The translations under genes were made by a program, and so were the position numbers. The notes under the pieces were generated by a model. That model did no database searches. It worked only from the letters and a program-made list of their open reading frames with translations, and was not told the DNA's origin. Positions 37,099 through 44,834 of a DNA stretch of 59,909 nt are shown one piece after another; within the stretch, counting starts at the first letter, position 1; the number at the start of each line of letters is the position of its first letter. This stretch comes from Acidimicrobiales bacterium (GTDB lineage Bacteria; Actinomycetota; Acidimicrobiia; Acidimicrobiales; JACCXE01): positions 1 to 59,909 of the forward strand of contig DATLOH010000053.1 in assembly GCA_035536375.1 (NCBI GenBank). The letters are read 5' to 3'.

Positions 37099-38111
37099 GC
37101 GTCGAGTTGCGAGGGGTCAGTCGGAGCTTCGGCGAGATAACGGCGGTGCGCGACGTTTCCCTCACCGTGCCGACCGGGTCGATCGTCGCGCTGCTCGGGC
37201 CGAGCGGATGCGGCAAGACGACAACTCTCCGCGTCGTCGCCGGCTTCGAAACGCCGGACGCGGGCACCGTGACGGTCGGCGGCCGCATCGTCGCCGGGCC
37301 GGGCGCGTGGGTCCCACCCGAACGCCGTCGCGTCGGCATGGTCTTCCAGCAGCTAGCGCTGTTCCCGCACATGAACGTCGGAGGCAACGTCGGCTACGGG
37401 CTGCGAGGGATGAGCCGGGCCGCCCGAGCCGACCGAGTCAAAGCGATGCTCGAACTCGTCGACCTGGCCGGTTATGAGCGGCGTCGCCCCGAACAGCTCT
37501 CAGGCGGCGAGGCGCAGCGTGTCGCCGTTGCGCGCGCGCTCGCCCCGGCGCCGGACGTCGTGCTGCTGGACGAGCCATTCTCGAGCCTTGATGTCGGTCT
37601 GCGCGTCGATGTGCGCGAACAGGTGGTGCGAATCCTGCGCGAGGCGGGTGCCACCGCGATTCTCGTGACGCACGACCAGGACGAGGCACTGTCGCTGGGC
37701 GACGAGGTGGTGGTGATGCTCGGCGGAGCAGTCGCGCAGGCCGGCGCTCCCGAGAGTGTCTACCGCCAACCCGCCTCGGCGGCAGTCGCCGAGTTCCTCG
37801 GCGATGCCAACTTGCTGGACGGCGAGGTCACTGGCGGACGCCTCGCCAGCGTGGTCGGGCCGCTCACGGTCGACGCGCGCGACGGACACGCCACGGCGCT
37901 GGTGCGGCCGGAGGATCTGGATCTCATCGAGGATGACGACGGGACCGCCGAGGTGAGAGAGGTCCAATACTTCGGGCACGATCAGCTGGTGACCCTGTCG
38001 GTGGGCGGGGCCACCGTGCGGGCCCGCCTCCACGCGCAGCGCCGGTTCTCGCTCGGCGCCCGCGTGCGCATCGTCGTCAGAGACGACCGGGCGGTCGCGT
38101 TCTCGCAATGA
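37095..38111 (+). CDS. ABC transporter ATP-binding protein (FbpC/PotA-like with C-terminal TOBE-type domain)
   Basis: ATG 37095 overlaps the permease stop (ATGA). Walker A GPSGCGKTT, signature LSGGEAQR, Walker B VVLLDEPFS. Confidence 0.9.
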   Translation: MSVELRGVSRSFGEITAVRDVSLTVPTGSIVALLGPSGCGKTTTLRVVAGFETPDAGTVTVGGRIVAGPGAWVPPERRRVGMVFQQLALFPHMNVGGNVGYGLRGMSRAARADRVKAMLELVDLAGYERRRPEQLSGGEAQRVAVARALAPAPDVVLLDEPFSSLDVGLRVDVREQVVRILREAGATAILVTHDQDEALSLGDEVVVMLGGAVAQAGAPESVYRQPASAAVAEFLGDANLLDGEVTGGRLASVVGPLTVDARDGHATALVRPEDLDLIEDDDGTAEVREVQYFGHDQLVTLSVGGATVRARLHAQRRFSLGARVRIVVRDDRAVAFSQ

Positions 38112-38127
38112 CCTCCGCGTTGCGCTG

Positions 38128-38149
38128 AATGTTAGGTGCGCCTAACATT
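38128..38149. promoter_or_regulatory. 22-nt palindrome AATGTTAGGTGCGCCTAACATT, second copy of the putative operator, core ends 11 nt upstream of the ATG
   Basis: Identical to the 34419 site except for one central base (GCAC to GCGC). Confidence 0.6.
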
Positions 38150-38159
38150 TGGTGAGCGC

Positions 38160-40664
38160 ATGTCGATCACCTCACTTCCGTCCACGCGCGTTCCGCTCGG
38201 CCCTCTCTTTGCCGCTGACCTGGCGCGCCATGGAGAGCGCGTCGCTCTCAGGACCACAGACGAGGCGATCACCTATGCCGCGCTCGACGGGCGTGTTCAG
38301 AGCGTCGCTGACCGGCTAGGCGTGGGGCGTCGGCTCGTGATGATCACCGCGACCAACACGATCGACTTCGTCGTCAATTACCTCGGTGCCCTGCGGGGTG
38401 GTCACGTCGTGCTTCTAGCTGCCGGCGACGTCGCGGTCACGGCATCGATTGCGGAGCGCTACGACCCTGACGTCGTGATCGGCCCGGATACGGCGTGGTG
38501 TATCGACGAGCAACGCGCTGCGACCGCGCACGATCCGCATCCCGACTTGGCGTTGCTCGTCTCGACGTCGGGGACGACGGGCTCGGCGAAACTCGTGCGG
38601 CTGTCGTCGGACAACCTTCAGGCCAACGCGGCCGCGATTGCGCAGTACCTCGAACTCACCCCTGACGATCGGGCGATGACGACGTTGCCGCTGCAGTACT
38701 GCTACGGCCTGTCGGTGCTCAACAGCCACATGCTCGCCGGCGCAAGCGTCGTACTGACGGAGCTGTCGGTGGTGGACCGCTGCTTCTGGGATTTGTTCGC
38801 GCAGACAAGCGCAACGAGCTTCGCGGGTGTACCCCATACCTTCGATTTGCTCGAACGGGTGGGCTTCGAGGCGATGTCGTTGCCGACGTTGCGCTACATC
38901 ACCCAGGCGGGTGGCCGCATGCATCCCGACAAGGTGAGGCGATTTGCACAGCTCGCCGAAGGCGGGGGGTGGCAGCTGTTCGTCATGTACGGCCAAACCG
39001 AGGCCACCGCTCGCATCGCCTATCTCCCGCCCGCCCTTGCCGCGTCGCGCCCAGGTGCCATCGGCGTCCCCGTGCCAGGCGGCTCGTTGACGATCGACTC
39101 TCCCGACGGGAGCGGCGTCGGAGAGCTCGTCTACCGCGGACCAAACGTGATGCTCGGCTATGCGGAGCATCAGGCCGATCTTGCGCTCGGCCGCGCAGTC
39201 ACGGAACTTCGCACGGGTGACATCGGGCGCGTCACCCCCGACGGTCTGTTCGAAATCGTCGGCCGGTCGAGTCGGTTCACCAAGCTGTACGGGCTGCGCA
39301 TCGATCTCGACCGCATGGAAGAGATCCTTGCTCGGCGCGGAGTGACGAGCATGTGCACAGCCGAGGACGAGCACAGCGTTGTCGCTGCAGTCACGTCGGC
39401 CGACGCAGCCGCTCTTGCGCAATCAATCGTTCCGGCGGAGATGAAAGTTCCGGCCTCGGCCGTGCGGGTAGTCGTGCTCGACGAGTTGCCCAGATTGGCG
39501 AACGGCAAGCCCGCTTACCTCGAGGTTCGGCGCCTCGCTGCCGAGCAGGCTGGTCACTGCGCGTCGAGGGAAGGCCCGCCGACCGTGAGCGGCGCCTTCG
39601 CCGAAGTTCTCGGGGTGACGCCGGGAGACGGTGATTCGTTTGTCAGTCTCGGCGGCGACTCGCTGTCGTATGTCGAGATGTCACTTCGCCTCGAAGCATC
39701 CGTTGGCGACCTGCCGCGCAACTGGCACTTGATGCCCGTGCGCGACCTCGTTGCGCGCGCGCCTGCCGCTCGTCATCGGTGGTTCGCCCGAACTGACTCC
39801 AGCGTCGTGCTGCGCGCCGTCGCCATCGTTCTGGTCGTCGGGACACACGCGAGGCTTTGGCACCTCCCGGGCGGGGCGCACACGTTGCTCGTCGTCGCCG
39901 GATACAACTTCGCCCGCTTCCAACTCGCGGCCCCCAGCATGGTCGCGAGCATCGCCCGCGTCGCAGTGCCGAGCATGTGCTGGATCGCAGTGGTCGCCGC
40001 TTTAAGTGGCAAGTACGGCTGGGAACACGCGTTGCTGATCAACGGTCATATCGGAGCGCCCGAGTCGCGCTCGGGCTATTGGTTCATCGAGGCGCTGGTG
40101 CAAATCCTTGTCCCCCTAGCGCTGTTGCTGAGCGTGCCGAGAGTGCGACGCGCGGAGCGCCGGCGGCCGTGGTTGTTTGCGTGCGCGGTGCTCGGGCTTG
40201 CGTTGGCCATTCGATTCGACCTGCTTCTCAATGGCGACGGCGCGGCCAACATCGCGCGCCCGCACGAAGTGCTCTGGCTCTTCGCTCTTGGTTGGGCGGC
40301 AAGCTGCGTGACCGGCACTCGCCCGGTGATTGCACGACTGGCGCTTTCTGCGGTCGGTTGGTTCGCCCTGTCGGGGTTTTTCAACAGCCCGTCGCGCGGC
40401 CTCATCGTCTTTGCCGGCTTACTCCTGGTTCTCTGGGTCCCGTCGCTGCCGGTACCGCGTGCTGCAACTCGCCTCGTGGGCGCAGTCGCGGCGGCCTCGC
40501 TGTACATCTACCTCAGTCACTGGCAACTGTTTCCGGTGCTCGAACGCGTTCAAGGGTCGGCGCTCGCCGTGGTCGGATCGGTCGTCGCAGGTATCGCGTT
40601 GTGGAGCGTGGCCCGGCGCCTCATTGCTCTGGCCGAAGCGCGCCTCGTCCCTCGCGCGCCGTAG
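38160..40664 (+). CDS. tri-domain protein: ANL adenylation domain, phosphopantetheine carrier (PCP) domain, acyltransferase-3-like integral membrane domain
   Basis: Adenylation motifs STSGTTGSAK, YGQTE, GDIGR, GRSSRFTKLYGLRI and NGKP. Carrier motif LGGDSLS. About 8-10 TM segments with LRAVAIVLVVGTH and SLYIYLSHW. Start placed at ATG 38160. Confidence 0.8.
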   Translation: MSITSLPSTRVPLGPLFAADLARHGERVALRTTDEAITYAALDGRVQSVADRLGVGRRLVMITATNTIDFVVNYLGALRGGHVVLLAAGDVAVTASIAERYDPDVVIGPDTAWCIDEQRAATAHDPHPDLALLVSTSGTTGSAKLVRLSSDNLQANAAAIAQYLELTPDDRAMTTLPLQYCYGLSVLNSHMLAGASVVLTELSVVDRCFWDLFAQTSATSFAGVPHTFDLLERVGFEAMSLPTLRYITQAGGRMHPDKVRRFAQLAEGGGWQLFVMYGQTEATARIAYLPPALAASRPGAIGVPVPGGSLTIDSPDGSGVGELVYRGPNVMLGYAEHQADLALGRAVTELRTGDIGRVTPDGLFEIVGRSSRFTKLYGLRIDLDRMEEILARRGVTSMCTAEDEHSVVAAVTSADAAALAQSIVPAEMKVPASAVRVVVLDELPRLANGKPAYLEVRRLAAEQAGHCASREGPPTVSGAFAEVLGVTPGDGDSFVSLGGDSLSYVEMSLRLEASVGDLPRNWHLMPVRDLVARAPAARHRWFARTDSSVVLRAVAIVLVVGTHARLWHLPGGAHTLLVVAGYNFARFQLAAPSMVASIARVAVPSMCWIAVVAALSGKYGWEHALLINGHIGAPESRSGYWFIEALVQILVPLALLLSVPRVRRAERRRPWLFACAVLGLALAIRFDLLLNGDGAANIARPHEVLWLFALGWAASCVTGTRPVIARLALSAVGWFALSGFFNSPSRGLIVFAGLLLVLWVPSLPVPRAATRLVGAVAAASLYIYLSHWQLFPVLERVQGSALAVVGSVVAGIALWSVARRLIALAEARLVPRAP

Positions 40665-40669
40665 CGACG

Positions 40670-41191
40670 CTACAAGCCGGTCACGCCGTCGATCTGCTCC
40701 CGCAGGATGTCGGCGTGGCCGTTGTGCCTTGCGGTCTCCTCGAGCATGTGCACCATGATCCAGCGCAGCGTCGGCCGGAACGGCGCTCCAGGCACGCGCC
40801 GGTTCACCACGTTGCCACGACCGGTGTCGCCGAGTTCGGCGGTGCCCACCACAACGCGCGAGCGCTCGCATGTGTCGAGGTAGACGTCGACGACGTCACC
40901 ACTTGTCTCGCCGGTCCGCGATACGAAGTCCTCCGCGCTGTTGGGCCTGGGCAGTACCGCCGCTGCTCCACCGAACACCTCGCCGAACCAGTAGTGCTCG
41001 GCGAACGCGAGGTGCTTCACGAGACCGAGCAGGCTCGTGCCCGACGCCACCATCGGTCGCCACGCGTCGTGCTCGGCGAGACCATCGACCTTCCGCAGGA
41101 TCGTGGCGCGGTGAAAGTCGAGCCAGCCGCAGAGCATCTCCTTCTCGGCCGCGTCGATCGACGGCTCGGTGCGTTCGAAGGGCGCGGGCAC
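40670..41191 (-). CDS. DinB/DUF664 family protein (mycothiol-transferase-like four-helix bundle)
   Basis: 173-aa ORF. LDFHRATILRKVDGL...LVKHLAFAEHYWF...HNGHADILRE is the typical DinB_2/DUF664 pattern. Confidence 0.75.
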   Translation of the reverse strand: MPAPFERTEPSIDAAEKEMLCGWLDFHRATILRKVDGLAEHDAWRPMVASGTSLLGLVKHLAFAEHYWFGEVFGGAAAVLPRPNSAEDFVSRTGETSGDVVDVYLDTCERSRVVVGTAELGDTGRGNVVNRRVPGAPFRPTLRWIMVHMLEETARHNGHADILREQIDGVTGL

Positions 41192-41207
41192 AGGCCGGAC
41201 GGTTCAG

Positions 41208-42083
41208 CTACGCGTTTCCGGTAAGGCGGTTCATCAGGTCGCCGCGGTCGCGGTGGACCGCGAGATAATTCGGCCCCCGGAAGTCTTCGTCTCCGGGGTG
41301 GTACCCCCGAAAGTCCACCCCTCGCGGAAAGAGCTTGCCGACGACGTAGTTCCGTTCTGAAAAGAACTCGTGGAAGTCGGCCAGCAAGAACCGGCTGTAG
41401 ATGTTCGCCCGGCCGTACTCGAACTGAACGACGTCAACGACACCGGAACGCAGCGCGGTCTCGAACCCCGCCAGCACGCGATGCTCGGCGCCCTCGGTGT
41501 CGATCTTCAGGAACGCCACGTGTTCGATGCCTTTCTCGGCGAGGTAGGCATCGCCGGTGGTGACCGGCTCGTCGGTCCAGTCGGCTGACTCGCGGTGCGG
41601 GTAGTCGTAGATCGATGTGTGCCCGTCCATTGACGCGTAGCGCTTCACGGGAACGGTGCCGGGTTCGCGGTCGAGCCCCGAGGGTGCAACCGTGACCTGG
41701 GCCAAATCACGCGTCGCGCCTTGGAGCAACTGCCGCGTCGCCGCGGAGATCTCGAAGCAGTGGATCTGAGCGGAGGCATTCATCTCCACGGCGAGCCGCG
41801 CCCAGTCACCGTGGTTTGCGCCCACGTCGAACACGATTGGTGCGTCGAGGCCGGACAACGCAATCGATACGGCGCGCAGTTCCCCGTTCGTGCGCTGGTC
41901 GTAGTCGACGTTGTGGAACGCGTCGACCGCCAGTGTTGCGAAGTGTGCGAACCGCCGCACCAACGGGTTGTCGCGACGAGAAGCGATCAAGCCACGGGCT
42001 CGGCGCGACACCAGTTCTTTCACCCGCCGCCGCCGTTCATCTGCAGCCCCCTTGTCGCACTGACTGATCGCCGATCCTCGCAC
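41208..42083 (-). CDS. FkbM family methyltransferase
   Basis: 291-aa ORF. VFDVGANHGDW...CFEISAAT...FLKIDTEGAE motifs. Confidence 0.75.
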   Translation of the reverse strand: MRGSAISQCDKGAADERRRRVKELVSRRARGLIASRRDNPLVRRFAHFATLAVDAFHNVDYDQRTNGELRAVSIALSGLDAPIVFDVGANHGDWARLAVEMNASAQIHCFEISAATRQLLQGATRDLAQVTVAPSGLDREPGTVPVKRYASMDGHTSIYDYPHRESADWTDEPVTTGDAYLAEKGIEHVAFLKIDTEGAEHRVLAGFETALRSGVVDVVQFEYGRANIYSRFLLADFHEFFSERNYVVGKLFPRGVDFRGYHPGDEDFRGPNYLAVHRDRGDLMNRLTGNA

Positions 42084-42093
42084 ACACCAGACC

Positions 42094-42132
42094 TTGGACG
42101 GAAAGCGGCGCCCAGCGCCGTTTTCCGTCCAA
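42094..42132. repeat. 39-nt palindromic element, copy 2 (TTGGACGGAAAGCGGCGCC...GCGCCGTTTTCCGTCCAA)
   Basis: Shares the 17-nt core GGACGGAAAGCGGCGCC with 19704-19720. Lies just downstream of the 3' end of the 42150-42599 gene. Confidence 0.6.
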
Positions 42133-42149
42133 GAAAGGCGGGTTGTGGG

Positions 42150-42599
42150 TCAGGTCGACGCAGGTGCCCGGGCAGGGGTGAACTCTGCGGCTTGGAGACG
42201 GCGAAACGCTGCCGCATCCTGAACGCCCTTCACCTGATTGTTCCGGCTGGCCGTCACCCGAAGCGCGACGCAGACACCGTGCGCCATGGGCCTGACGTAG
42301 TAACACTCGCCCGTGTTCGGACAGTAGATGCAAACGACGTCGATTTGACTCTTGTCGATGGCGCGAGAGTGGTAGCCGCTGCCGTCCGACCAGGTCGCTC
42401 TGAAGTTGACCTTGACTGTGCCGTGCCTAAGTGATCTGTACTTGACCTGAACTCGTACGAAGGTGCCGGTCTTGTAAGCCACGAGATCGAACGGGGCGTG
42501 CTCGGTCATCGGGAACAGAACGAGGTAGCCCTGCTCGATCAGGTCGGCGTGCGCCTTCGCGACGCCGAGATCGCCCTTGTCCTTGGTGTGGTGCCCCAT
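42150..42599 (-). CDS. stand-alone PD-(D/E)XK endonuclease-like protein (PDDEXK_5 / group-I-intron-endonuclease-like family)
   Basis: 149-aa ORF. KDKGDLGVAKAHADLIEQGYLVLFP...FDLVAY...VRVQVKY...IDVVCIYCP...LRVTASRNNQ resembles that family. AT-richer codon usage than the neighbours. Confidence 0.6.
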   Translation of the reverse strand: MGHHTKDKGDLGVAKAHADLIEQGYLVLFPMTEHAPFDLVAYKTGTFVRVQVKYRSLRHGTVKVNFRATWSDGSGYHSRAIDKSQIDVVCIYCPNTGECYYVRPMAHGVCVALRVTASRNNQVKGVQDAAAFRRLQAAEFTPARAPAST

Positions 42600-42642
42600 G
42601 CGCTCATCGTAAAGATGGGGTGTGGCATCCTCGACGCACCAC

Positions 42643-42716
42643 GCCCCCGTGGCCGAGAGGACTGAGGCAACGAACTTCTAATTCGTTTTACGCAGGTTCG
42701 AATCCTGCCGGGGGTG
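42643..42716 (+). tRNA. tRNA-Arg (anticodon TCT) with an atypical Ser-like D arm
   Basis: 74-nt cloverleaf folded by hand: acceptor GCCCCCG/CGGGGGT, anticodon stem ACGAA/TTCGT, loop CTTCTAA, 5-nt variable loop, T arm GCAGG-TTCGAAT-CCTGC. D arm is GCCGAGAGGACTGAGGC. Confidence 0.75.
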
Positions 42717-42731
42717 CTCTGCCGGGACGCG

Positions 42732-44126
42732 CTACTTCCAGCGGCGCATCACGGATGTGACGCGCATGCCGGGGCCGGGCGTGGTCACGATGTCGGCGTC
42801 GTGGTCTCCATCGAAGTCCCCGCCAGCTGCCGTCACGCCTCCGCGGAAGCTCGGGTCATAGGCCATGAAGCCAGCGAACTCGGTGACTGACCCTTGCGGG
42901 TTCGGAGATATAAGGAGGAGGCGGACGTGGGGACCGCCGCCCGGCCCCGCAGCAACAATCAGCGGATCGAAGTTGCTGCTCATCTCGCGCAGTCCCGAGA
43001 TGAACACACCGCCGCGAAAGTTCGGGTCGAAGGCCATGAACGACGAGAGCACGGGCGGGAAACAGCCCGCCTTGACATCGAAGACCTGCACGTGGGGGCC
43101 GCCGCCAGGGCCCGCGGCGGTGGCGAGATCCTTCACGCCGTCTCCGCTGACATCTACGGTCGCCACGCGCACGCCCCCGGTGAACCTCGGGTCATAGGCC
43201 ATGAAGCCGCAGCGCTCGGCGAAGTCAACGCCTCGCCGCGTGAACGCCCGGACGTGGGGTCCGCCGCCGGCGCCCGGCCCGACGATGATCTCGCCACGAG
43301 GCGGCTCTTGCGCGCTGGACACGCCGTCGACATCGCCGCCGGCTACATAGACCCCGGCGGTGAACGTCGGGTCATAGGCCATGAAGCCGCCGACCTCCGT
43401 CACGGTGCCGTCGTGGTTGACGTGCCAGGCGCGCACGTGGGGACCGCCGCCCGGCCCGGGCGCGGTTATGACCTCGTCGGTTCCATCGCCATCGAGGTCC
43501 GACGAGGCGACGCGAACACCGCCGCGGAAATCAGGCGCATAAGCCATCCAGCCAGCGGTCGGGGTCGTGGTGTGTGTCACGAAATCGACAGCGAACACGC
43601 GCACGTGCGGCCCGCCGCCGGGACCGGCTGCGGTGATGACCTCGTCGACTCCGTCGCCGTCAACGTCGCCGGCGGCGGTTTCAGCGCCTCCCTGGAAGTC
43701 GCCATACGCGTTCAGCTGCGCGATCTGCTCTGCCTTCTGTGCGACCCCCATGACTTCCGGCCCGACGTTCCCCACTCGATCGCGCGGCTTGACGTACACC
43801 TCATAGTTGCCGTTAGGCACGGTGGTGGTGAAGTTCAGCAAGAGGATGTTGCTGTTCTGCTGGTCGGAGTTCTGCGCCTCGCGCTGATACTGGGTGAATT
43901 CTGCGCCCTCGTGTATCACCCGCACCTCGGTATTGGCCGCGTCAGAGTTGGTGTCCTCGAGTTCGATCGTGACGCCGTTCAGCCGCTTCTCGCTCGGTCC
44001 GATGTAGGCCACGGTCGGGGCGGTGGTGTCGGAAGCCTGCGCGGGTGCCGACGGCAACAACACGAGAGCCGCGGCGGCGGCAGCGACAACGACCGCGCAA
44101 CGCGGCGAGCGAAAGACAGTCGGCAT
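42732..44126 (-). CDS. secreted FG-GAP/VCBS-repeat beta-propeller protein with N-terminal Ig-like domain
   Basis: Signal peptide ...LVLLPSAPAQA. About 7 repeats of GD(V/F)DGDG.DE(V/I)(I/V)TA.GPGGGPHVR.F...F(M)AYDP.F.GGV. Confidence 0.8.
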   Translation of the reverse strand: MPTVFRSPRCAVVVAAAAAALVLLPSAPAQASDTTAPTVAYIGPSEKRLNGVTIELEDTNSDAANTEVRVIHEGAEFTQYQREAQNSDQQNSNILLLNFTTTVPNGNYEVYVKPRDRVGNVGPEVMGVAQKAEQIAQLNAYGDFQGGAETAAGDVDGDGVDEVITAAGPGGGPHVRVFAVDFVTHTTTPTAGWMAYAPDFRGGVRVASSDLDGDGTDEVITAPGPGGGPHVRAWHVNHDGTVTEVGGFMAYDPTFTAGVYVAGGDVDGVSSAQEPPRGEIIVGPGAGGGPHVRAFTRRGVDFAERCGFMAYDPRFTGGVRVATVDVSGDGVKDLATAAGPGGGPHVQVFDVKAGCFPPVLSSFMAFDPNFRGGVFISGLREMSSNFDPLIVAAGPGGGPHVRLLLISPNPQGSVTEFAGFMAYDPSFRGGVTAAGGDFDGDHDADIVTTPGPGMRVTSVMRRWK

Positions 44127-44236
44127 GAGCCAAGTGTGACCCAGTGATTGGGCGATATCGGTTCGCGTCCGATGCGTCTCCGATGCCGGAAACAGACGAT
44201 ACGAACGATTTCACCGTGTCCACGTGAAGTTCTGAG

Positions 44237-44269
44237 CGGACTTTCTCGCGCTACGCGCGGAAAAGTCCG
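44237..44269 (-). terminator. imperfect hairpin (CGGACTTT...AAAAGTCCG) downstream of the 44339-44809 gene, preceded by an 18-nt GC palindrome at 44292-44309
   Basis: Inverted repeats read from the sequence in a 212-nt intergenic region. No U-tract, so function is uncertain. Confidence 0.3.
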
Positions 44270-44338
44270 ACAAGAACGAGGAGGGGCCGTGGGCGCGCCG
44301 CGGCGCGCCGCGGTCACATCAACCGAAGCGCCAAACGT

Positions 44339-44809
44339 CTACGCCCGCTCAACGATTCGTAGGCCGCGCTCTGGTGTCCAGAACTCGATCACAAGCTTCG
44401 TGGCCTCGGCGTTGAGTCGCGTGATGACCACCTCGGTGATGTCGGCCACATAGACGTCCGCGCTGGGTGGCTCATCCGTCTGGCCGCCTGTCCCCGAGTC
44501 GTCTGAAACCACCCGACCCGCGATCTTCGCCTCGCCGGGCCAGTCGCTCTCCTTTCCCTCCTCTGGGTGGAAGGTCGGGCCGTGCAACGCGAAGCGCGAA
44601 TCCTTCTTTAGGTCGGCCGCCTTGCGGGCGCCGGTCATCGAACCGAATCGAAGCTCGCCGTCTCTGAACTCGCATTCGATGCCCGAGATGCGAGGCGATC
44701 CATCGGCTCGCAGCGTGGCGATTGTCTTGTGGCGACCGGCATCGAACAGTCGGCGCACCCGCTCCGCTAGGTCTGGTTCAAGCTGCTCGATCTCGCTCCA
44801 TCTCGTCAC
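44339..44809 (-). CDS. pyridoxamine 5'-phosphate oxidase-like FMN/F420-binding split-barrel protein
   Basis: 156-aa ORF. HKTIATLRADGSPRISG...FGSM...DSRFALH pattern of the PNPOx-like family. Confidence 0.7.
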   Translation of the reverse strand: MTRWSEIEQLEPDLAERVRRLFDAGRHKTIATLRADGSPRISGIECEFRDGELRFGSMTGARKAADLKKDSRFALHGPTFHPEEGKESDWPGEAKIAGRVVSDDSGTGGQTDEPPSADVYVADITEVVITRLNAEATKLVIEFWTPERGLRIVERA

Positions 44810-44834
44810 GGGCGCGCAGCGTATGCGGGTTCGT

